From a virus (taxonomy: Duplodnaviria; Caudoviricetes), in IMG/VR virus record IMGVR_UViG_3300025389_000062, positions 1-33,071 of that record: a DNA stretch of 33,071 nucleotides. One strand, 5' to 3'. The first letter of the stretch is position 1; every line of letters begins with the position of its first letter. A program made the position numbers and the translations under genes. Below are positions 15,427 to 24,614 of the stretch, piece after piece. Under the pieces are notes generated by a model. It made no database searches. It worked only from the letters and a program-made list of their open reading frames with translations, and was not told where the DNA came from.

Positions 15427-18400
15427 TTAGTACTCCAACCAAATATCTCCTATGAGGCCCGTGGTACCACTTGAACCTACTGGTGAAGTTCCATTAAAGT
15501 AATATATTGCAGGTCCAGTTTTCATCTGACCGCCATCTGCAAGATAAGGACTTTGAATAATCATTCTTACAAATGGATCTGAGTTTACTGTTGGGTATTG
15601 ATTTCCTGGTGCAGCACCTGAGCCAATGGTTGCAGTTAAATCACCTACGTATGGAAGAGTGGTAATTGCCATTCCTGATGGGCCAAATTTAATATATTGA
15701 TTTAATGGTGGATAATAATTTTTACCTCCCGCAGTATATCCATGAGCTTGTTGTTGTGCGGTAGTTATTGATGTTCCTAAAACAAGGGTGTTTGTTGATT
15801 GACTCATAACAAGTGCTGGAGTTCCAGCAATAATATATTCTGAAGAGCTATCAAGATTAAAGTTTCCAGTACTGCTTCCAGCAGCAAATGCAACAGTAGA
15901 TCCTGGTTGCATAATAATATAATTCCCTCTTGTATACATCAATCCTTTTGTAGTATATGTTGCTGATGTTCCAGATGAATTACCGAGCCCAGTTGCAAAA
16001 GAAATATATTGATTATTTGGGTCAAGCAAGATTCTGTAATTATTTCCACTTGATACAATAGGGCCAGATGCGGATATTGTTCCAGATATTGATGCATTTT
16101 GAGCTGTTAGATTACCAGCTGATGTTACTGCAAAATTTGGAGTTGCTCCTTTTGGACCTGCTTTTAAAACTATTCCCGTTCCATCATTTGATGTTGCAGC
16201 AGATGGTGATGCTAATACCAACTCATATGTATCATTATTTAAATACCCACCACCAGTTTTAGCTGTTAATGGACCAGAAATTACTATTTGATCATTTGCT
16301 GCATCAAGGGTAATACCTGTATTACCACTAATTATTGTTGATGTTGATACAGACCAATCTCCGATTAAAGCACTTGAAGTTGTAAAGCTTGGACCAGTTC
16401 CTGGATTTGTAGCAATTCCAGTAAGTTGTGTTTTTCCGTCAGATGCAAAAGCCGATAAGCCTGTTGAAGATATTGCAAGGTTTGCTTTAGTTAAATCTCC
16501 CGCATATAATGAAGCACCAGTTAATACTTGAACATTTCCTTTAAATGTTGATCCATCATCTACTTCAAGCGTTCCGCCAATTATTGCTCCTTTTGCATAC
16601 ATAATTCCTGCGGAGGTTACGTGGAAACCAGTTGTTAAATTAGATGATGTTGAACCTATATCAAGAGTTCCGCCATTAATCTGTATATTACTTGCTACTA
16701 CAGCACCAGATGGTGTTACATAAAATTTGGCTGATAATGAACCGCCTTGTGTTGGGCTACCTGCCCAAAAAGCATATGATCCTGTTCCTGACAAGCCCGT
16801 ATAAGTTCCTGACCCACCAGTACCATTAGACAAAGTGTTTTCAATGCTGCTTGCAGATATATTCCAGTCAGCGATATGTGCATTTTGAGTTAAGAATGTA
16901 ATTCCTGTATTTTGAAGTTTTGATCCATCATTTTTTGTTGGATCATAAATTGCTGTAGGATCACCAATTATTTGTGTGGTTGGCTTGCCATTTGAATCAT
17001 AAACATATAATCCAGTTTTATTAAAAATTGCGTGAGCTGTTGCTCCAGATGGGTCTGGGGTTTTTGTTGCATCATATGTACCTGCATAAATGGAACCATT
17101 AGTTTGAAAAGTTACTGGGTTATTAATAAGAGATAAAAGTCCTGGGTCATATGGAGTTACTGATTGTTGAAAAGCATAGTTAGATGTTTTGCCATAATTA
17201 TCATAATTTCTAATTTTAATATATCTTGCAGAATAATTAAGTGATTGAATGGTTGTTGGACTTGATCCAGAGTAGACACGTGAAGTTTCATCTATTGGGT
17301 TAAATTCAGCAGTAATTCCTGTGCCAGAAGTTGAAGATGTTGCTGTAAATGTTGTTCCTTTAGCAAGTATTGGGGTTGCAGTCACAGTACTAGAATTTAC
17401 GCTAACAGTAATAAATTCATTATTAAATTGACTTGATGTAGCATTTTTTATTGAAAAATGTTGACCTACAGACAATATTGATCCTATTGAAGATGCAAAA
17501 ACAAATGTTGCTACCGAACTTGATCCCGAGCCTGTTGATGAAAAGGTGCTTACTTGTGGTAAAGCAAATGATGTAGCACTCTCATAAATATCAGAATATG
17601 TTGCTCCAGATATATTTTGCCAAGTAACGATGTATCCATTAGCAGCGGGAACAACAGAGAATGTTGGGGTAACTCCAGTTAAAGAATTTATTCTTATAAA
17701 TTCTGGTATAGATGTTCCACCATTTGCAGATTGATTTCCTACTGAAGAAACGCTTATTAGATATCCTGTATAATCTGCATAAAAACTACCTAGCTGTGCA
17801 TATATGTCAGATGAATTAACTATAAATATTTGAGGGGAAGTTGTTGCAGTTGGGTAGAAATAAAAAGATCCGCTTAATGTTGGTGCATCTTTTGGTATTA
17901 ATTTAACAATAAAACTATTTCCAGCATTTCCGTCTGTTGGTAATGTTGCTGCTATTAATACATCGTCTCCAGTTCCCGCCACAAATGCAATTCCTGTAGC
18001 ACCCGTAACTGCAGTTCCTGTAGCTGAATTTGTTATTGTGAATTGACTTGATGTTGCTGAAGCAACTGTAACATTTTGCAAATTAAATGTTGAAGTAGAT
18101 AAACCTAAAATTGTTATGTTTTGGCCTACCGTAAAAGTGTTTGTTGCTGTATAAGTTACAGTAGTTCCATTGCTAGATGCAGCAGTTACAGTTACAGGAA
18201 CACCAGAAATAAATGATCCAAATGTATTTAAAACATCTGTTGGAGGAGTTGTATTAACTGATACAACAGGCGAAGGAGATGCTTTTACTATATTCGAATA
18301 AGTGCCCGCTCCTGAACCCATTACATCTGTAAACTTAGCTCTTACGTATCTTGGAGCTGTAGTCGGAGTATAGATATTGACTGGGTTCAGACTAGAAAGA

Positions 18401-19305
18401 GATACTTGCTGAAAAATTTTGCCAGTGAATAGGCTCGCTGGTAAATTTGTTGGGTCATTTGACCCAATATTAATAGATGGCGGATTTGAAGAATCAACAT
18501 ACTCTTCAATATCAACGTAATTAAAATTTGGAGATGTAGGTAAAACTGCGGGTAAAACTGGAAGACTATTGCTATCAAGATAAGTTGTTGTAACTGAATA
18601 GCCATTTGTTATATTGCTCACATAAATATGCGGAGTTGGCAATCCATTGCTCCATACAGGAGGAACAATTATTGTTGCTGCACTTTGATTCTGGAACATA
18701 TCCTGGCTAATAACAGAAAGGGCAGAAAAGTTAGTTTGATATACACCAAAAAGTGCTGCATTTGCAGTAATTGTAAAGTTATACGTTTGATGTACTGAGG
18801 TGGTATTTATTGTAGCCATGTAAACTGATTGTGCAGTACCACCATTTGGCGTAAAAGTAATTAAAAAATCTTTTATAAAATAATTTTCTGTAGCAGATGT
18901 ATCAAAATCAAAAGTTATAACTAGCGTGGACCCAACCCATACCGCTTGTAAATTTGTTACCGCATCTGGAGCATTTGGATTTTGTATTACATCTATACCG
19001 CCCAAACCACTGCTGCCAGCTGATCCTACTGTACCTGATGGGTTAAGTACTCCAGCGATTTGATTAAATGTTAAAGGTGAGTTTGAATTTGTTGCACCTG
19101 GCAAAGTTAAAGATGCAGAGGCATCTGAAGACATTGTGACAAGACTTTTGCTTGACATGTCAACAGCAATTACTGGTGCTCCTGCTCGTGCTACAGTTTT
19201 ACCATAGTTTAATTTAGATAATCTTTTGTCTGTGTGGTCTATGTATATAGGTTTAGCTTGACCTACAGAGGTCTTGGATTTATATTTTGGTGGATCAATT
19301 CTCAT
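15427..19305 (-). CDS. large minor tail / central fibre protein (FN3-like domains, beta-helix-like C-terminal half)
   Basis: 1292 aa, rich in G/S/T. FN3-like segments (PDAVTNLQAVW, YVRAKFTD, YIKIRNYD), repeated F.VT..G...A units, C-terminal GDIWLEY; position in the tail module. Confidence 0.82.
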   Translation of the reverse strand: MRIDPPKYKSKTSVGQAKPIYIDHTDKRLSKLNYGKTVARAGAPVIAVDMSSKSLVTMSSDASASLTLPGATNSNSPLTFNQIAGVLNPSGTVGSAGSSGLGGIDVIQNPNAPDAVTNLQAVWVGSTLVITFDFDTSATENYFIKDFLITFTPNGGTAQSVYMATINTTSVHQTYNFTITANAALFGVYQTNFSALSVISQDMFQNQSAATIIVPPVWSNGLPTPHIYVSNITNGYSVTTTYLDSNSLPVLPAVLPTSPNFNYVDIEEYVDSSNPPSINIGSNDPTNLPASLFTGKIFQQVSLSSLNPVNIYTPTTAPRYVRAKFTDVMGSGAGTYSNIVKASPSPVVSVNTTPPTDVLNTFGSFISGVPVTVTAASSNGTTVTYTATNTFTVGQNITILGLSTSTFNLQNVTVASATSSQFTITNSATGTAVTGATGIAFVAGTGDDVLIAATLPTDGNAGNSFIVKLIPKDAPTLSGSFYFYPTATTSPQIFIVNSSDIYAQLGSFYADYTGYLISVSSVGNQSANGGTSIPEFIRINSLTGVTPTFSVVPAANGYIVTWQNISGATYSDIYESATSFALPQVSTFSSTGSGSSSVATFVFASSIGSILSVGQHFSIKNATSSQFNNEFITVSVNSSTVTATPILAKGTTFTATSSTSGTGITAEFNPIDETSRVYSGSSPTTIQSLNYSARYIKIRNYDNYGKTSNYAFQQSVTPYDPGLLSLINNPVTFQTNGSIYAGTYDATKTPDPSGATAHAIFNKTGLYVYDSNGKPTTQIIGDPTAIYDPTKNDGSKLQNTGITFLTQNAHIADWNISASSIENTLSNGTGGSGTYTGLSGTGSYAFWAGSPTQGGSLSAKFYVTPSGAVVASNIQINGGTLDIGSTSSNLTTGFHVTSAGIMYAKGAIIGGTLEVDDGSTFKGNVQVLTGASLYAGDLTKANLAISSTGLSAFASDGKTQLTGIATNPGTGPSFTTSSALIGDWSVSTSTIISGNTGITLDAANDQIVISGPLTAKTGGGYLNNDTYELVLASPSAATSNDGTGIVLKAGPKGATPNFAVTSAGNLTAQNASISGTISASGPIVSSGNNYRILLDPNNQYISFATGLGNSSGTSATYTTKGLMYTRGNYIIMQPGSTVAFAAGSSTGNFNLDSSSEYIIAGTPALVMSQSTNTLVLGTSITTAQQQAHGYTAGGKNYYPPLNQYIKFGPSGMAITTLPYVGDLTATIGSGAAPGNQYPTVNSDPFVRMIIQSPYLADGGQMKTGPAIYYFNGTSPVGSSGTTGLIGDIWLEY

Positions 19306-19323
19306 CCAATTACCCCCTTTGTT

Positions 19324-19821
19324 TTAGCTTGGACCTATTGCAATCCAATTGACATAAACTTGGCCAGTTGTGTTTTTTGTTGTTCCTGAACGCCAAATTC
19401 TATAGCTAAAACTATCTGAGCTTACCTGATAAATAGAAACAATTACATCGTTATTTGCTGCTGATGGCACAGCTGATCCACCGCCAGATACTGCTGTGCA
19501 GGTTACTATTGGTGTCCCGCTAAAGGACTGTGTGCCTGTTGCAGAGTCTGCAAAATTAATAGTATTGTAGTACATTATATTATTGCCAGTTCCAGTTGTG
19601 GCATCAGTGTACATAGTGCTTGCTCTTCCAAATATAATTGCATTTGAACCTAGGTCAAATCTGTGAGCATAGTCTGAAATGTTATAAGTTGCTGTTCCAG
19701 ATCCACCGAAGTTATTTGTAAGGGCACTAATTGCGTCACTGTGCTGATTTACTACGTTGATAACCTGATGCCAAGCTGTGAGATCAATCACATATGGGTC
19801 TGAAATCTTTACATAAGCCAT
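19324..19821 (-). CDS. minor tail protein with C-terminal gp53-like/H-type-lectin-like domain
   Basis: INF...FSGTPIVTCT...VSSDSFSYR...VNWIAIGP pattern; AGGAG SD. Confidence 0.75.
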   Translation of the reverse strand: MAYVKISDPYVIDLTAWHQVINVVNQHSDAISALTNNFGGSGTATYNISDYAHRFDLGSNAIIFGRASTMYTDATTGTGNNIMYYNTINFADSATGTQSFSGTPIVTCTAVSGGGSAVPSAANNDVIVSIYQVSSDSFSYRIWRSGTTKNTTGQVYVNWIAIGPS

Positions 19822-19847
19822 GCTTTCTCCTTTTTATATATGTTAAT

Positions 19848-19856
19848 ATTATACCA
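19848..19856 (-). promoter_or_regulatory. extended -10 motif TGGTATAAT
   Basis: Intergenic, upstream of 19324..19821. Confidence 0.6.
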
Positions 19857-19869
19857 TTTTTTACTAATT

Positions 19870-22800
19870 TTAGTATTGTGTGCCTTTGCCGAGCATATTA
19901 AGGGTCAAAGTAGTTTTTAAACCTTTTTGGAATACATGTGCAACCTGATGAACCAGATACTTTTGATTTTTAAGTCCTGCTAGGCCGTATGTTAGATTAA
20001 TGATATCTCCTACTTGTACTAACGGATTACCAAAAATCTGTATGGTTGTATCTTTTGAGAACCCGTCGTTTCCAAAGGCTATTACACTTGCTAATTTATC
20101 GGCAGATTCTTTTGACTGAATCCATGTTGAGTCTACTTGAACTACCTCAGAAGTATTTGCTGGGTCTAAAACTTTTTCCAAAAGCTGTGCGTCTGATGGG
20201 GCAATGACTTCATGAGTCCATAATTTTAAAGCTGTAGTAAAGGAATTTAAAGTATCAGAATCATGCTTTAAATAAACCATATGAGATGAGTTATTTGCCA
20301 CTGCAAACCTACCTCTAAATCCTGTGTTTATGGCTGTAGAATAAGCTACTGAATACTCATCAACTAACTGCTGCTGATAATATTGTTGATCAGTAGCATT
20401 TGTTCCTGGGAAATAAAACCAAGTGTAATAAACTGGATCAATATCTGCAACAGTAGCTCCAGGTGTGTCGTACTGCACATCATAATAGTTTATACCTTTA
20501 ACATCTGGATTTGTTTGAACTATGTAATGCTGGTATTTTGAAAAAAGATTTTGTCCTTGAATCATTCCATTAAGAAATTCTCTATCCTGCCAGAAGTAGC
20601 TTACGCTTCTTTCTTTTAAAGGTTTTTGTGTTGCATAAAGCTCTCTAAAATTACTTGCCATTTGAGCAGATTGCTGTGGAGTTGGAACTGAAACTCCAGT
20701 AAACAAATATGGAGAAGTTGAAGTAAAATATCCAAAGTGCGTTGATTGGGATGGTGCTGATGGTAAGTTTACCTTTTTTCTAACTCCAGTCACGGTGTTT
20801 TTATCTGTAGGCTTACCATTTGCAAGATTCCACCCAGTTATTTCAAAGTTATTAAGGAATACCTCAATCAATGTTCCTGGGGTTTCCCCGTCTTCTCCGT
20901 TTGATGTGTACCAAACTGTTTTTAAATCAAAGCATGCATCTGATGCTACTGCATAAGAATATGCAGTAGAACCTGAAGCTGGTTGTTGTTTTACAAGAAT
21001 TTTTTCAAAATTTTGCACTATGTTGCTTGCTGCACCAGTTGCATCCGCATATGCAATCAATGTTGGTGTTCCAGAAACTATTTGATAAATAGATATAAAA
21101 TATTTATATGTAGGCGGATTATTAAAAACATAAGTAATTACATCTGTTGAAAAATTCTCCGTTGTTAGTTTAGGGTTATAGTTATTATATCTAACAAACT
21201 CTACAAAATATGTTCCATTTTGAGATGACATTCCCGATGGAGCATTAAAGAAAAGCCCAGATGTTACTACATTTGCACTATTACTAAAATCAAATTTTGC
21301 AGAATAAGTTTGAAAACCTTGATCATATGTTGATGTTGGATAAATTAAAACTTTTTTTGTTGCAGGTATATTAACCGCAATTTTTTGAAGATTAGGATTG
21401 GATAAATTAACATCGTTATTGGAATACGAAGATGATACTGCTGAACAATTAGTTGTGCTGTTTACTGTTCCATACAATGAATCAACGGTAGATTCAGATA
21501 AGCCTTTTGTAGAAATATTTGCTGAAGTTACTATTGAAGCATGATCTGCGGGTACTGTTCCAAACAACCCTCTTTGAACATTATTAATACTGCCCGTTGC
21601 TTCCACAGTAACGTTATAGCTTGTTGCTTTTACAGGATGACCATTGATGTCAAGTGTTGAAACTTGCAGGCCAGTTTCAAATCTTTTTACAAATGCATTA
21701 ATTGCAGAAGAAAGCTCAAGATCATTTTTTACTGCTACAGTTTGAGAATTTCCAGAAGTATCGCTGATTTTATATTCTTTATAAGCAAAAGATACTATTT
21801 CATTTTCTATAACAGCATATCCTTTTGAATTAAGGCTATAGGTATGGAATATGTCTAACAAATCATTTACATTTAATGAAAACGAGTTATCATTTACTTT
21901 CATTTCTTTTGCTAAGTAGTTGAAACCAACTGAGTCTGATTGTTTTTGCTCCCACAAAATATCATTAGATGTTGTATAAATAAATGATGGTGAATTTTGT
22001 TGAGTTGGATCTGTAGCGTTTTGCAACGCAAGAGACTGGGTAACTTTTGGCTCTTGATATCTTATTGAAATCTTACCAGGCTTGGCTTTATTAACTATTG
22101 AATATCCACCTTGCAAAATAGATGCATCTGTAAATGATGCTACTGAAGATGAAGAGTTACTCAAAATATCTGAAAGGCTCAAAAACTTCATAACACCGTA
22201 CTCATCTATATACGCACCTATTTGATATGATAAAAATATTTCTGAAAGGGCATCATATAAAGTTGAATCTTGAGAATTACAATAAAAATAGTACATGTCC
22301 ATTGGTCTTGAATTATCATGGCATACATTATAAAGCGAATCGTAGTCGTAATCTGTAAATCCTGCAAGATCTAGCAGGTTAGTTATTGTGTCAAATACGC
22401 TCTTTAAGTTTGAAACAAAGTCTGGAACTGGATGAGTCTGTAGGTAATTTACAATATCATAACAACTAATTTTGACAGTTTGTATGTCAGTTTCATCCCA
22501 AGCATTTGAGTAATATACTCCTGCAGGAATATACGTATTGCTTTGAACAGTTCCTGAATTAATAGTATAGTTTTTCAGGTCCCATCCAAAGTAGAACTTA
22601 ATATTTTTTCTGAGCATGCCAGATAACAAGCTTACGTTCATATTGTTTTGACTTGAAAACAAAGGAACTGGGCTATTACTAACTGTAAGCGGTATAGCAG
22701 AAAGCGTTAAAGAAGCATCGTTTGGGTTAATAGAAGATATTGGAATATAGTTATTTTTTGAATCGAGTTGCTTTGTAACATCTAATTCCATAACATAATC

Positions 22801-24081
22801 CGATAAATCTATTTCAAGTCTTGGTGAAGCCTCAATAAGTTGCATTCTCTTAAAATCATCTGATACGGCAGACGATTTAGCTAGATAAGAAGAAAAAGCA
22901 TCTCTTATATTTACTGCAGACTGAGTAACCATTATCTTTTCAAAATTAGTAAATTTAGAAACCGATCCATTTGCTAGGAATTTTGGCATGGTTGACCACT
23001 TTGTGGTTGACCATGTTCCATTATTATAGTATAAGGTTATAGATCCATCTGCAGAATTTACATCTCCCGACCAAATTGATTGGTCATCAAGATATACAGA
23101 GATGGTTGGATACATCATGATTGTATTAAATTTTAAAACTATCTTATTTGCATTAATCCCTGGTTCATATATAGCAGAAATACTTGGGCTATAAGAACTG
23201 TTTGTATATTTATTTCCACTTTGATTAGAACCATCTCCTGCATCAGAAACAAAATATTTATATGGTGCTAAATCATGAGCCAACGCATTTTTGTATAAGG
23301 GAGCGGGAGGTGAAACAACACCAAAACTTGGATTTTGCATAATAGGTGTAATCGGAGGGAATACAGAAGCAGAAGATCCATTTAGTATTGGAGTATTAAT
23401 TTTTCTAAAGTCTGTAGGAAAGCTAGCATTTGTATTTCCAGATCCTATGTAAGACTCGCCTGGTCTAAATCCTGAAAATGGGCTTGTTGTAGGCCATAGT
23501 GTGCTATTTTGATAGTCAAAATAAGTTGTTTGATATACCTCTGGAGTTGTTATATAGACAGTCATTGGGCCATCTGTTTTTAAAGAATCATTATTGTAAG
23601 CATTAAAAGTAACTGTATATGTCATAGAAGATATATTATCTCCTGGACCCGATGAACCAATATAAGTTATAACTGGTGTATAACCAAACGAATTAACGTC
23701 TTGATTGGCAGACCCAAATTGAGTTGAAGATGAGCCATTCGCATAAGCATTTACCATTATTGGAGAAGCACTATCAGTTTGAATATACGTTATAATTTTA
23801 TATGCAGCAGAAGGATTTGTTGGGTGTATTGTGTATGTCAAAGTTTTTTGTGTGCCATCAAAAGTAAAGCTGCTTGTTGTAGTTCCCGCTTTAGCATTTA
23901 TACTTGCTGACTCGTCAGATAGGTCTGATCCAGCATATGAGATATCTTCAGGAACTCCCGTTCCAGCAACTGTGATATATGGTGGATTAAATAGGTTATT
24001 ATTCCATTCAGCTGAAACTACTGGAAACATTTCAAGAGAACTAGAATTTAAAAATATATTGTTATCAACGTTAGATAGCAT
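19870..24081 (-). CDS. large minor tail protein (baseplate hub/tail tip-like)
   Basis: 1403 aa following the distal tail gene. Hub-like segments (DLAGFTDY, AYIDEYGVMKF) and C-terminal FGNPLVQVGDII...YLVHQVAH...TTLTL. Confidence 0.8.
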   Translation of the reverse strand: MLSNVDNNIFLNSSSLEMFPVVSAEWNNNLFNPPYITVAGTGVPEDISYAGSDLSDESASINAKAGTTTSSFTFDGTQKTLTYTIHPTNPSAAYKIITYIQTDSASPIMVNAYANGSSSTQFGSANQDVNSFGYTPVITYIGSSGPGDNISSMTYTVTFNAYNNDSLKTDGPMTVYITTPEVYQTTYFDYQNSTLWPTTSPFSGFRPGESYIGSGNTNASFPTDFRKINTPILNGSSASVFPPITPIMQNPSFGVVSPPAPLYKNALAHDLAPYKYFVSDAGDGSNQSGNKYTNSSYSPSISAIYEPGINANKIVLKFNTIMMYPTISVYLDDQSIWSGDVNSADGSITLYYNNGTWSTTKWSTMPKFLANGSVSKFTNFEKIMVTQSAVNIRDAFSSYLAKSSAVSDDFKRMQLIEASPRLEIDLSDYVMELDVTKQLDSKNNYIPISSINPNDASLTLSAIPLTVSNSPVPLFSSQNNMNVSLLSGMLRKNIKFYFGWDLKNYTINSGTVQSNTYIPAGVYYSNAWDETDIQTVKISCYDIVNYLQTHPVPDFVSNLKSVFDTITNLLDLAGFTDYDYDSLYNVCHDNSRPMDMYYFYCNSQDSTLYDALSEIFLSYQIGAYIDEYGVMKFLSLSDILSNSSSSVASFTDASILQGGYSIVNKAKPGKISIRYQEPKVTQSLALQNATDPTQQNSPSFIYTTSNDILWEQKQSDSVGFNYLAKEMKVNDNSFSLNVNDLLDIFHTYSLNSKGYAVIENEIVSFAYKEYKISDTSGNSQTVAVKNDLELSSAINAFVKRFETGLQVSTLDINGHPVKATSYNVTVEATGSINNVQRGLFGTVPADHASIVTSANISTKGLSESTVDSLYGTVNSTTNCSAVSSSYSNNDVNLSNPNLQKIAVNIPATKKVLIYPTSTYDQGFQTYSAKFDFSNSANVVTSGLFFNAPSGMSSQNGTYFVEFVRYNNYNPKLTTENFSTDVITYVFNNPPTYKYFISIYQIVSGTPTLIAYADATGAASNIVQNFEKILVKQQPASGSTAYSYAVASDACFDLKTVWYTSNGEDGETPGTLIEVFLNNFEITGWNLANGKPTDKNTVTGVRKKVNLPSAPSQSTHFGYFTSTSPYLFTGVSVPTPQQSAQMASNFRELYATQKPLKERSVSYFWQDREFLNGMIQGQNLFSKYQHYIVQTNPDVKGINYYDVQYDTPGATVADIDPVYYTWFYFPGTNATDQQYYQQQLVDEYSVAYSTAINTGFRGRFAVANNSSHMVYLKHDSDTLNSFTTALKLWTHEVIAPSDAQLLEKVLDPANTSEVVQVDSTWIQSKESADKLASVIAFGNDGFSKDTTIQIFGNPLVQVGDIINLTYGLAGLKNQKYLVHQVAHVFQKGLKTTLTLNMLGKGTQY

Positions 24082-24614
24082 TATACCTCCGTAAATTCTA
24101 TAGTAATATCAACAAGGTCATATCCTACCCCGCCCGTCATTGCACTACCAACAGTTCTTTTTGTAATGTCATAAGTAAACGTAGTCATAAAAGCTTGATA
24201 TTCATTCCAAGGCATTGATGTTGATGGGTTTGTTCCCACGGGGTTTTGTAAAGAAGATGTGTATGTTCCAGAAACTGGTAAACCTGCTACAGTTGGCTCT
24301 TGTTGTGCAAATTGAAACCTTACATAAATTGGATTGTTATAGTTTCCTTCATAAAAAGCTTTTATCCAAGCAGGACCGTTGGCTGGGTAGTCAACCAAAA
24401 ATGGATCATATGTTGGAACTTCTTTCCATTGAATTTTATGAGTAAATTTTCTAGCAATCACATACTTACGCATTGTTCCATTTGCCATTCTATCAGCTTG
24501 TTCTACAAGTGTATAAGTAATAGAAATAGGCTGACGATTATGATCTGTTAATTTATACCAGGAAATGCCGTCAATTGATATTTGTACGCCTTGGGCGATT
24601 GCATATTGTGTCAT
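24081..24614 (-). CDS. distal tail protein (Dit-like)
   Basis: Directly after the tape measure (ATGA overlap). RMANGTMRKYVIA.K and terminal ITIEFTEV motifs are typical of siphophage proteins at this position. Confidence 0.72.
   Translation of the reverse strand: MTQYAIAQGVQISIDGISWYKLTDHNRQPISITYTLVEQADRMANGTMRKYVIARKFTHKIQWKEVPTYDPFLVDYPANGPAWIKAFYEGNYNNPIYVRFQFAQQEPTVAGLPVSGTYTSSLQNPVGTNPSTSMPWNEYQAFMTTFTYDITKRTVGSAMTGGVGYDLVDITIEFTEV

Noticed and set aside
15420-15432. Frameshift/readthrough fusion of the 1292-aa and 850-aa tail proteins (TAA T ATG)
   Set aside because: No slippery sequence; the same TAATATG junction occurs after dnaE, so this is simple translational coupling.
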